Positions 16,501 through 25,585 of a stretch of DNA of 26,073 nt are shown here, piece by piece. The notes beneath the pieces were generated by a model, which was not told where the DNA came from, ran no database searches, and saw only the letters and a list, made by a program, of their open reading frames with translations. The DNA is from a virus. Lineage: Duplodnaviria; Caudoviricetes. A program made the position numbers and the translations under genes. Positions within the stretch are counted from its first letter, which is position 1, and every line of letters begins with the position of its first letter. The stretch spans positions 1-26,073 of IMG/VR virus record IMGVR_UViG_3300008267_001293. One strand, given 5' to 3'.

Positions 16501-19135
16501 TCTGCAAATGCAGTATCATCTGAGTTTACTGACTATAAGTATTCTCAAAAAGTTACAGATCTTTATCCACAGCAAGATAGAGATAATTACAATGACAATC
16601 CTCCATCAGCAAAAACATTTGCTAAGAGATTCCCTCTCGGAGATGTTGTCACTAATGATTTAAAGAGAAGTATAACAAGAGAGACTATTGATAGGTTTGT
16701 AGAAAAGTTCTCATATGCTAAAAAGATAACGTCAGTTTCAAATAGTCCAACTTCGGCAACACTTACTCTTGATAGTGAGCATCAATTAGCAGGTGTTAGA
16801 CAATATACAACTCTTAACGGTGGATCTGGACACACTAATGGAACATATTATAATGTAAGACTTTTCAACAGTAATGCAGCACCTTCATCTGCTGTTTGGG
16901 ATGGTGCAACCGCAAATGTAACTGTAAGTGGTGGTGCAGTAACAGCAGCAACAATTATTGAAGGTGGATCTGGATATACTAATGGTGAGCAACTCTATTT
17001 TGATAGTAGTGTTATTGGTGGTACACCTCAGGCAAATATTCTCATCAATACTGCTGGTATTTCAACAGCGACTGGAAATTATGTCCAAGTTACAGGTATT
17101 GGAACAACTGCTGGTGGATATTTTAGAATTACTGACACTTCAAATAAGAGTGCTATTTCAATTGCAAAAACAGCAGGTGATCCTGTTGCCGTTGCAAATC
17201 AATATGTAATTAATCTTGGACCAGCAGTAACAATTTCACAATTATCTTTCAGTGGCACTGGTGCTACTGGTATTGGAACATATCAATCACTAAATTCGCC
17301 TCACGGATTACTTGCAGGAAATGCTTTAAGAATTCTTGACAGTAATAATAACAATCTTGGCGATTACATTGTCAATAATGTTAATAGTCCTACTGAATTT
17401 ACAATCAAACTTCCATCTTCACTACCAACTGCTGCTTGGGCATTGAAGCATGGTATGTCTGCAAACAGCGCAAGTGCAGATAATCTTGGTGAAAATCTTG
17501 GTGTAAGATCACTATCAATTTTCGATAATGAAACATTAATTCTTGGACAATCATTAACGACAGAAGAACAATTCATTGTTGATCTTCCTGGTGCTGGCAT
17601 TGGTACGATGTCTAGATTCCCACTCGGATCTTACATCCAAATTGATAATGAAATTATGAGAGTTAAATCAAGCACTCTCACTGGTGCAGGATCTAATCAG
17701 ATCCAAGTCATTCGTGGTTCGATGGGAACTATTATCGAGTCACACGTTTCTGGATCTTTAATTAAGAAGATTAAACTAACTCCTGTTGAATTCCGTAGAC
17801 CTTCAATCATTCGTGCTTCTGGTCATACTTTTGAATATCTTGGATATGGACCTGGTAACTACTCAACTGGTTTACCACAAGTCCAAGTTAAGACTCTGAG
17901 TGAGAAAGAAGATTATCTTGCATCATCACAAGAAACGTCTTGTGGATCAGTTCTGTACACTGGTATGAATAGTGATGGCGATTTCTATATTGGAAACGTC
18001 AAGTATTCTGCACAATCAGGCGAACAAACAACATTTGATGTTCCAACACCAACAATTACTGGTGAGGATCCAAACAGACTGAGTGTTGTATTTGATGAAG
18101 TTATTGTTAAAGAAAGAATTCTTGTTGAAGGTGGTAACTCAGGTCAGATTCTTTCACAATTTGATGGACCAGTAACCTTCAATGGTGATATCAGAATGAA
18201 TAGAGCATTGATTCTCAATAGCAATTTGAGAGTCAATGGACGTGTCGATTTTAGAAATGATACCGAGTCAACAAATTGCACAACAGGATCACTTGTAGTC
18301 ACAGGTGGTGTTGGCATTCAAAAGAGATTGAATGTTTGTGGGGATGTAGCATTCAATTCCACAACACAGTCTACATCATCAACTACAGGTTCCTTAACCG
18401 TTGCTGGTGGTGTTGGTATTGCTAAAACTTTAAGAGTTGGATCTAGCGCAATTATAATCACAAACACTCCAAGTTGCTGGAAAATCTTATTTCTCAGATT
18501 ATGTTGGTATTGGAAATACGAATCCACAAAGACAAATTCATATTGTCGGAACTGATGGACCGGTTGCATCTTTCCCAACACTAGGACCAAAGGATGTATT
18601 AGTTCTTGAAAATAATGGAGCTGCTCATTTAGCACTGGTTGGATCAACATCTCAAAACTGTGCTGTTAAATTCTACAAGTCTGGATCTTCAACTGCTGAT
18701 GGATTAATTGCTTATGATGTTAATTCCCCAGAAGGAATAGTTGTTTCATTCAATAATAATGAAGAGTGTGCTCGTTTTGTAAGAAGCAATAAAGAACTTA
18801 GAGTTATTGGTGATATTACAGCATTTGCTTCTGATGAAAGATTAAAAACAAATATTAAACCTCTTGAAAATGCTCTCGATAAAGTTCTCTCTCTAAGTGG
18901 ATTCACTTATAATTTTAATGAAGTTGGGCAATCATTAGGATTTAATACTGAAACACTCCACGTAGGTGTTTCAGCACAACAAGTTCAAGCAGTTCTCCCA
19001 GAAGCAGTTGTTCCTGCACCAGCAAGTGATGAATATTTAACAGTTAAATATGAAAAACTCGTTCCACTACTGATTGAAGCAATTAAAGAGCTTTCTCAGA
19101 AAGTTTCTGACCTCGAAGACAAACTCAACAAATAA
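13555..19135 (+). CDS. Giant virion structural/tail fibre protein with C-terminal peptidase S74 intramolecular chaperone; interrupted by a +1 frameshift near 18457
   Basis: Frame 1 runs 13555-18555 (MPLNKLENFIKNTEGRILYVNPNDLDATD...). Frame 2 is open 18458-19135 and reads SQTLQVAGKSYFSDYVGIGNTNP...GDITAFASDERLKTNI...GVSAQQVQAVLPEAV...LTVKYEKLVPLLIEAIKEL, a clear S74 domain with no ATG. Confidence 0.82.
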
Positions 19136-19138
19136 ATA
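19133..19138 (+). promoter_or_regulatory. Late promoter core TAAATA
   Basis: AATAAATAACT, 16 nt before ATG 19155. Confidence 0.65.
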
Positions 19139-19154
19139 ACTAAAAAACAACACG

Positions 19155-21113
19155 ATGGCGAATATTAGAAAGCAATTCAACTTTCGTAATGGTGTACAAG
19201 TTGATGATGATAATCTAGTTGTAAGTCCAACTGGATTGGTTGGAATTGGAACAACAATTCCAACCGAAGCTTTGGATGTTCGTGGAATTGCAAAAGTAGT
19301 TGGACTAGTAACTGCTAATCAAATTTATACCCCAGATTTAACTGCAATAAATGCAAACATATCAAGTTTATCTTTTGGAAATTCAATCGTTGGTGGCGGT
19401 GTAAGCATTCGTAGTGGAATTATAACCGCGTCTGGTTCGGGTGTTGTTACATACTATGGTGATGGAGGTAGATTAAGTAACTTACCAACTTCACAATGGT
19501 TAGATATTGATGTTGGTCTGGGATTTACCAGCATTTATTCACAAGGATTTGTTGGAATCTCAACAAATGATCCAAGATATCCTTTCCAAGTTGGCGGTTC
19601 AAACAATATTTCAGCATTTGTTGACGGAGTTGGAATTAACTCCAATGGAAACATTGTTGCAACTGGAATTGTAACTGGAGGAAAATTTGTAGGAATAGGA
19701 TCTGACCTAACGCAACTTAATGCTTCTAATGTTGCATATGGAACACTCAGTAATGATAGAATACCAGTCTTACTAAACTCTAAAATGCCATCAGATATTC
19801 AAGTATCTGGTGCTATTACAGCAACAAGTTTTGTAGGAAGTTTCATTGGTAATCTAGCAGGCAATGTAACGGGAAATGTTGTAGGTAATCTGACTGGTAT
19901 TGCAACATTTGCAAGAGATTTAACTGGAACTCCCAACATTACAGTTGGTGTTGTAACTGCATCAACGGTTAATTTATCTAATGCATTAAATACCGTAAAT
20001 ATACAATCCACAGGAATTGTAACCGCACAAACAATAAGTGTGGGTACTGGTGGCACAGCATTCTTCACATCATCCTCTGGAAGATTAGGAATAGGTTCTG
20101 CATCACCAACAAAAGATATTCAGATTTTAAAATCTGGTATTTCCGAAGTAGAAGTAATCGGTTCAGATCGTGCTCAAATCACAATTGGACAGAGACAAAA
20201 TTCTGGAATAGGAATTGGAAATAGCACTGCTGTCATAAGATTTGGAAATTTTGCCAGAAGTCTTGACATTATCAATGGCGATATTGGAAACTTTAATTAT
20301 TATCTTCACGGTGCTCAACCAGTTGCGGGAATTACAACTGGAAGTTTCAACTGGATTTACGGACAAAATAATTTAGAGTTAATGACTCTAACATATGATG
20401 GCAGATTGGGACTTGGAAAAACAAATCCAGATAATACACTTCACGTTGTCGGAACTTCTACTGTAACTGGCAATTCTTGGTTTGGTGGAAATGTGGATAT
20501 TTCTGGAAACCTAAGTGTTAATGGTTCCCTTTCTGGAAATATCTTCGCATTACAAGCGCAGCAAGTTTATGCAACATCTGGTGTTTCAACATTCTACGAT
20601 GTTACAATCGGCAATGATGCATTTGTTGCTGGATCAATTGGTATTGGAACAACTGTACCAACCGCAGGTATTGATGCAAGAGGAAATCTTGCTTTGTTTG
20701 GAAATATTGGAATTGGAACAACAACAACATCCAACTCTTTAAGAGTAGTTGGACCTAGTGTATTAGAAAGTGTTGCAATTGGTAATACAAATGGACCCTT
20801 AGGTGGTACACTTGGTGTTTTTGGTGGTATAACACTACTAGATTCAACCGTAGTTTCTGGAATTAACAGTACAATTGTTGTTCTAGATTCAACTTGTGCG
20901 ATAGGAGTTGGAACAACATCTTATCGTTCTGCTGTTGATTTTGCAGATGCTGGAAAAGATAATTTTGGTGGTGATCTCGCATATATGCTACCACCACGTC
21001 TAACAACAGCACAAAGAGTCGGTCTATCAACAGTTGAAGGCGCATTTATTTTTAATACAGACACTAAAAAATTCCAAGGATATACTGGTGTTGCTTGGAC
21101 TGATTTCCACTAA
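19155..21113 (+). CDS. Tail fibre-like protein
   Basis: Repeated VGIGTT/LGIG..P..L.V and SGIITA fibre motifs. C-terminal PPRLTTAQR...EGAFIFNTDTKKFQGYTG.AW. Confidence 0.78.
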   Translation: MANIRKQFNFRNGVQVDDDNLVVSPTGLVGIGTTIPTEALDVRGIAKVVGLVTANQIYTPDLTAINANISSLSFGNSIVGGGVSIRSGIITASGSGVVTYYGDGGRLSNLPTSQWLDIDVGLGFTSIYSQGFVGISTNDPRYPFQVGGSNNISAFVDGVGINSNGNIVATGIVTGGKFVGIGSDLTQLNASNVAYGTLSNDRIPVLLNSKMPSDIQVSGAITATSFVGSFIGNLAGNVTGNVVGNLTGIATFARDLTGTPNITVGVVTASTVNLSNALNTVNIQSTGIVTAQTISVGTGGTAFFTSSSGRLGIGSASPTKDIQILKSGISEVEVIGSDRAQITIGQRQNSGIGIGNSTAVIRFGNFARSLDIINGDIGNFNYYLHGAQPVAGITTGSFNWIYGQNNLELMTLTYDGRLGLGKTNPDNTLHVVGTSTVTGNSWFGGNVDISGNLSVNGSLSGNIFALQAQQVYATSGVSTFYDVTIGNDAFVAGSIGIGTTVPTAGIDARGNLALFGNIGIGTTTTSNSLRVVGPSVLESVAIGNTNGPLGGTLGVFGGITLLDSTVVSGINSTIVVLDSTCAIGVGTTSYRSAVDFADAGKDNFGGDLAYMLPPRLTTAQRVGLSTVEGAFIFNTDTKKFQGYTGVAWTDFH

Positions 21114-21134
21114 AACAAGAAGAGGTAGTGATTA

Positions 21135-22760
21135 ATGTCAGTTTCAGTAGTAAAAGCAGGTCCTTATTTTTCTAGCGGTTCTATTTCCTTTTCAAGTTTA
21201 AGAAGTAATTTCAAAGAAACTAGTAGTGGTGAAATTAAGGCATCAGAACTCAGAAGAAATACTGATACGGGAGAATCAAATCCAATAGTTCCAGATTCAA
21301 CTGAGAATGAACAGATTTCTACTGGATCCAATTTAAGCATATCTCAATTTAGGAACTCTATTAAAAGATACTTTGCCACTCAAACTGGGACTGATGATAA
21401 TAATTCATATCCAGGAGAACCTGGATTTAGAATGGGAAGATTGGATACAAACAATAGAGGAATTGATTGGTCAGGTGGTGGATTCAATGGTAGAGATGGT
21501 CAAGGTGGTGGATTTACTGGCAACTTAACTAAAAATGTTCAGAAGTTCATTAACATAAATGGAACTTGTGGAAGTGTTCGAGATGGATATGCTGGGGCAC
21601 AACTATCACCATTAGTCATTGTCCATAATGTCAGAATGACTGTCAATGGAACAATAATGGGATATGGTGGAAGAGGTGGTGGAAATGGCGGTCCAGATCC
21701 ATCAGGTGAATCTGGAACTACTGGTTTAAATCTTGGAAATGTTGGAAATAATAACACTGTCACCATAAATTCTGGTGGTAAAATTTATGGTGGTGGTGGA
21801 GGAGGAGAAAGAGGAAGAACTGGTAATAAAGGACAAGATGGAGAATGTTTATATACGGCAAGTACGTCTGGATGTGGAAGCGCACCAGGATGTCCTAGTG
21901 GATATAGTCAGACTTCTACATCTGATGGTGGAGATTGTGATTGTAGAACTATATGTACAGGTTCGGGTAGGAGGAGACAATGTAATAAATCGTGTAGTAG
22001 AATTCTAATCAGAAACTGTCAACAAAGAACCTTCCCACAAGGTGGTGCTGGTGGAATTGGTGGTAGAGGAGGAAATGGAAGAGGATATAATAATCAAGGA
22101 GGTGAATTAACTGGACAACTAGGAGAACAGGGTGCACCACCATCAATTCCTGGTTCAACAGTATCAACTTCTAACTTCAGTTATAACTGGACAACTGACG
22201 GTGATGATGCATTCTTAAATGTTAGTGGTGGCGGTGGATTAGGTTATTGCTTTATTTCTCTAAGATTGTACACAAATGATAATCCAGATACTGATGGCAC
22301 TTCTTACGATAATATACGCATTAGAGATGGTTCTGGCACAGGTTCTCCCGTCCTGAAAGAATGGTCATTCTCTGGATTTAGTGATCGTGAATATACGATT
22401 AACAACGCTACTGCAAAATCATATAGAATCACAATCAATGGAAATCCAAGACCAGTACAAATTGATGGTAATAGAGTTAAACTACGCGACTCTGATGGTG
22501 ATGATACAAATGCTTATATTGAGGTTCGTCAACTAAGACAAACTAGTGTAAGTTCTGGAAGTTGTCCTGGTGGAACAGTAATTAGAGAAGCGCAACGAGG
22601 TGAAGATGGTGAGAATGGTGGTAATGGTGGAGATTGGGGACAAGATGGTGGTAGCACCAACAACAGTGGAAACGGCGGATCAAGAGGTAAAGCAATCGCC
22701 GCAGAAAGCACTAGATATGCTGTTGATAATAGGGGCGATGTTAGAGGCGATATTTATTAA
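21135..22760 (+). CDS. Gly-rich tail-fibre tip/adhesin-like protein (gp38-like architecture) with Cys-rich insert
   Basis: SGSISFSSLR N-terminus, I.G.GG.GG and IYGGGGGG..G motifs, terminal GG..G.AI, nine Cys in about 60 aa. Follows a fibre gene. Confidence 0.6.
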   Translation: MSVSVVKAGPYFSSGSISFSSLRSNFKETSSGEIKASELRRNTDTGESNPIVPDSTENEQISTGSNLSISQFRNSIKRYFATQTGTDDNNSYPGEPGFRMGRLDTNNRGIDWSGGGFNGRDGQGGGFTGNLTKNVQKFININGTCGSVRDGYAGAQLSPLVIVHNVRMTVNGTIMGYGGRGGGNGGPDPSGESGTTGLNLGNVGNNNTVTINSGGKIYGGGGGGERGRTGNKGQDGECLYTASTSGCGSAPGCPSGYSQTSTSDGGDCDCRTICTGSGRRRQCNKSCSRILIRNCQQRTFPQGGAGGIGGRGGNGRGYNNQGGELTGQLGEQGAPPSIPGSTVSTSNFSYNWTTDGDDAFLNVSGGGGLGYCFISLRLYTNDNPDTDGTSYDNIRIRDGSGTGSPVLKEWSFSGFSDREYTINNATAKSYRITINGNPRPVQIDGNRVKLRDSDGDDTNAYIEVRQLRQTSVSSGSCPGGTVIREAQRGEDGENGGNGGDWGQDGGSTNNSGNGGSRGKAIAAESTRYAVDNRGDVRGDIY

Positions 22761-22793
22761 GCACTCTAAATATTTTTAGTTATTGATTTGAAA

Positions 22794-23135
22794 ATGACAG
22801 AAGAGAAAAAGTATCCTTCTTTGCCACAGCAAGGAAAAAATCTTGCCAAATTTACTTGGGATTTACTTAATTATATCACACAAAACGAAGAAAAGGTTCT
22901 TTTCGTAAAAGATGAGGTCTACAAAGAAAGAGTAACTATTTGTAGATCTTGTGACAAATATGACGAACTAGAAAATCGTTGTGTTGAATGTGGTTGTTAT
23001 ATTCCAGGAAAAGCAAAAATCATTATAGATTCTTGTCCTCTTGATAAGTGGGGAGTTGATTCTAGCGGATGGGAAGAGAAGTTCACTGACATTGAAAAAG
23101 ATATGGGGCTTGACAAGACCCAAGAATCCGAGTAG
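22794..23135 (+). CDS. Small Cys-rich protein (DUF6171-like)
   Basis: ERVTICRSC...RCVECGC...K.....SCPLDKW. TAAATA at 22767-22772 upstream. ATG 22794 (track start is TTG 22788). Confidence 0.72.
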   Translation: MTEEKKYPSLPQQGKNLAKFTWDLLNYITQNEEKVLFVKDEVYKERVTICRSCDKYDELENRCVECGCYIPGKAKIIIDSCPLDKWGVDSSGWEEKFTDIEKDMGLDKTQESE

Positions 23136-23138
23136 AAT
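23110..23138 (+). promoter_or_regulatory. Sigma70-type promoter upstream of the oxygenase pair
   Basis: TTGACA (23110-23115), 17 nt, TAGAAT (23133-23138). Confidence 0.75.
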
Positions 23139-23170
23139 CGCTTTGCTGCCGTTGAAGATGATAATATAAG

Positions 23171-23809
23171 ATGATTGAATCCGGAACAGAACGATTAGAA
23201 ATATTTCCAATCACAATATTCAAATCTAAGATTAAAGATAATCTAGAACTTAAACATCATCTTTCAAGTAAGATGTTAATTGGTTCTAATTATCTTTCAG
23301 TTCCAAAGGATTGGTCATCAAATAAGATTAAAACTTCCTTTGATGGTGAACCAGAAGGATTTGAGATATTTTCTGATGATTCACCATATTTGAAAATGGT
23401 AACTCGACGATATACTGATTGTATGCAGCATATCTTTGATCGAGATTTTTCATTTACTATTAATAAGATTTGGTATAATGTCTATACTGATGGTGAATAT
23501 CAAGAAGAACACGATCATATAGGAAATCCACTTAATCATAGTCATTTTTCTTGTATTCACTTTTTGTCTTTCGATAAAGAGCAACACAGTCCACCAGAAT
23601 TCAAAGATCCATTAGCACAGTTAAGAAATTTAAGTGTTGAGTTTGAATCAAATAGATGGGGTGAGATTTACGTTCCACAAGTAGAAGAAGGAGACTTGCT
23701 GATGTTTCCTTCTTATTTGGTTCATCGAGTTTTACCTTGTAAGAAAACAGATTATCCAAGAATTACCATATCATTCAATATAAAAGTTTTATCGTATGGA
23801 AATGATTGA
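23171..23809 (+). CDS. 2OG-Fe(II) oxygenase superfamily protein
   Basis: WYNVY..GEYQEEHDH...EEGDLLMFPSYLVHRV...RITISFN: HxH/HxD, distal His and RxS-type motifs. Confidence 0.88.
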   Translation: MIESGTERLEIFPITIFKSKIKDNLELKHHLSSKMLIGSNYLSVPKDWSSNKIKTSFDGEPEGFEIFSDDSPYLKMVTRRYTDCMQHIFDRDFSFTINKIWYNVYTDGEYQEEHDHIGNPLNHSHFSCIHFLSFDKEQHSPPEFKDPLAQLRNLSVEFESNRWGEIYVPQVEEGDLLMFPSYLVHRVLPCKKTDYPRITISFNIKVLSYGND

Positions 23810-24278
23810 TATCAAAGATAAGTTTCTCGTCAAAGAAGATGTTGATGCTGTTACTTTTTATTGTGAAAATGCATCATATGTTTATGGTGAAACTGATGGA
23901 TATGATTTACCACCAACTGGAATGATTCACGAGATTGAGAAACGTAGTTCGATTTACAAATTGTTTGAATCAAAGACTAAACCATTGGTCAATGATAATC
24001 TTTTCTTATATCGAATGTATATTAACTGCTTTGCACCATCAGAGCAACCATATTTTCATAAAGATGGTGATCCTGGTGATATAACATTTCTGTATTATGT
24101 AAATAAAACTTGGAATTATCAGGAAGGTGGTGAGACTCAATTCATTGTTAATAATGAAATCTATGGAGTAACACCGATCCCGAATCGTATGGTATACTTT
24201 GATGCTAGTATACTACATCGTGCCACTGCTTTCAGAAATCGACACAGATTTACGATCGCAATCAAATACGGAGTCTGA
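23796..24278 (+). CDS. 2OG-Fe(II) oxygenase (prolyl-hydroxylase-like)
   Basis: RMYIN...YFHKD...TFLYY...W...GGET...PNRMVYFD..ILHRA...RFTIA. Confidence 0.88.
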   Translation: MEMIDIKDKFLVKEDVDAVTFYCENASYVYGETDGYDLPPTGMIHEIEKRSSIYKLFESKTKPLVNDNLFLYRMYINCFAPSEQPYFHKDGDPGDITFLYYVNKTWNYQEGGETQFIVNNEIYGVTPIPNRMVYFDASILHRATAFRNRHRFTIAIKYGV

Positions 24279-24282
24279 GGTA

Positions 24283-24336
24283 GACAGTTCCAAAACCGTC
24301 CACTGGGTAGCACCAGAGGCGGTTTTCTGCTATAAT
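24283..24336 (+). promoter_or_regulatory. Cyanophage early-promoter element: inverted repeat plus extended -10
   Basis: GACAGTT-CCAA-AACCGTC imperfect palindrome (24283-24300) followed by CAC, then TGC-TATAAT (24328-24336). Confidence 0.72.
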
Positions 24337-24349
24337 AGTCCTATACGCG

Positions 24350-25585
24350 ATGAGACCTGTGATTCAACTCCGACCTCACCAGCAACGTGCTCTGGATGCC
24401 CTTGCTAAGTACCTGCGTGGTCAAGTTATTATTCCTACTGGCGGTGGTAAAACCAACGTCGCCATCTTTGACGCAATGCGTGAGTTCCTCAAAGATGTTC
24501 CTCAGACTATTGTTGTAGTTGCTCCTCGCATTCTACTGGCAGAGCAACTATCTTGTGAGTTCTTGGAGTTTATCACCAATGCTCGCGTGATGCACGTTCA
24601 CAGTGGTGAGACTCATCATTTCAGCAGCACTCGCCCTAACGTGATTCGTTCTTGGGTAGAGTCAACTCCTGGTCACAAACTGATCTTCACCACCTACAAC
24701 TCTCTGCAACGTCTGCAACAGGCAGATATTGCAGTCAACACCATTTACTTTGATGAGGCACACAATTCTGTTCAACGTCATTTCTTCCCTGCCACCGAGC
24801 ATTTCTCTGCTGCTGCTGACCGCTGCTATTTCTTCACTGCTACTCCTAAGCATTCTGCTACTATTTCCAAACCTGGCATGAATGATGCTGCTGTGTATGG
24901 CAATGTGATCTGCAATGTTCCTGCTCCCGAACTGGTGGAAGGTGGTTTCATTGTTCCTCCTAAGGTTGTGGTGCAGCAGTTTGAGATGCTGAGCAAGGGT
25001 CAAATCGTTGCTGATGTTGACTGTGAGAATATGATTCAGACCATCGATGCTCAGGAGGTTGAGAACGTTCTGATCTGTGCAAAGGCAACCAAGCAGATTC
25101 AGAATCTGGTTTCTCAGACTGATTTCTGCAAGCAACTGGAAGATCGTGGTTTCTCTTGGATGTACATCACTTCCAAGACTGGTGCAATCATTGATGGTCA
25201 GAAGGTCAATCGTGAGGTGTTCTTTGACACTCTTTCTGCATGGGGTAAGGATGACTCTAAGAAGTTTGTGGTTCTTCACCACAGCATTCTTTCTGAGGGT
25301 ATCAATGTTTCTGGTCTGGAAGCAGTTCTCTTCATGCGTTCGATGGATTACATTGGTGTGTCTCAGACCATCGGTCGTGTGATCCGCCTTCACCAAAGCG
25401 ACGCAGAGGCGCTCAGGAGCGGCGCTATTGCTCCTGGAAACCTTTCCGAGTATACTAAGTCCTTTGGGTTGGTTTGCATCCCTGTGTACTCTTCTGTGGG
25501 CATCAGCACCGCTAAGAAGGTGCAAGCGGTGGTGGACACCGTGTTCAATCAAGGTCAACCTGCTATTTCTGTTGTTAAGCGATGA
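24350..25585 (+). CDS. SF2 DEAH-box helicase (ResIII-like, no nuclease domain recognised)
   Basis: LRPHQ, IPTGGGKT (Walker A), FDEAH, FTATP, LSEGIN, QTIGRVIR. Confidence 0.92.
   Translation: MRPVIQLRPHQQRALDALAKYLRGQVIIPTGGGKTNVAIFDAMREFLKDVPQTIVVVAPRILLAEQLSCEFLEFITNARVMHVHSGETHHFSSTRPNVIRSWVESTPGHKLIFTTYNSLQRLQQADIAVNTIYFDEAHNSVQRHFFPATEHFSAAADRCYFFTATPKHSATISKPGMNDAAVYGNVICNVPAPELVEGGFIVPPKVVVQQFEMLSKGQIVADVDCENMIQTIDAQEVENVLICAKATKQIQNLVSQTDFCKQLEDRGFSWMYITSKTGAIIDGQKVNREVFFDTLSAWGKDDSKKFVVLHHSILSEGINVSGLEAVLFMRSMDYIGVSQTIGRVIRLHQSDAEALRSGAIAPGNLSEYTKSFGLVCIPVYSSVGISTAKKVQAVVDTVFNQGQPAISVVKR

Noticed and set aside
18556-19154. Apparent 600-nt intergenic gap that could hold an ncRNA, and antisense ORFs at 18318-18906
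   Set aside because: Fully explained by the frameshifted S74-containing C-terminus of the fibre gene.
13555-22760. Diversity-generating retroelement or invertible cassette acting on fibre genes
   Set aside because: No reverse transcriptase, recombinase or near-identical template/variable repeat pair was seen in this window, by eye only.
24662-25558. 298-aa antisense ORF inside the helicase
   Set aside because: Shadow ORF in codon register with the helicase, explained by sense-strand codon bias. No recognisable motifs.
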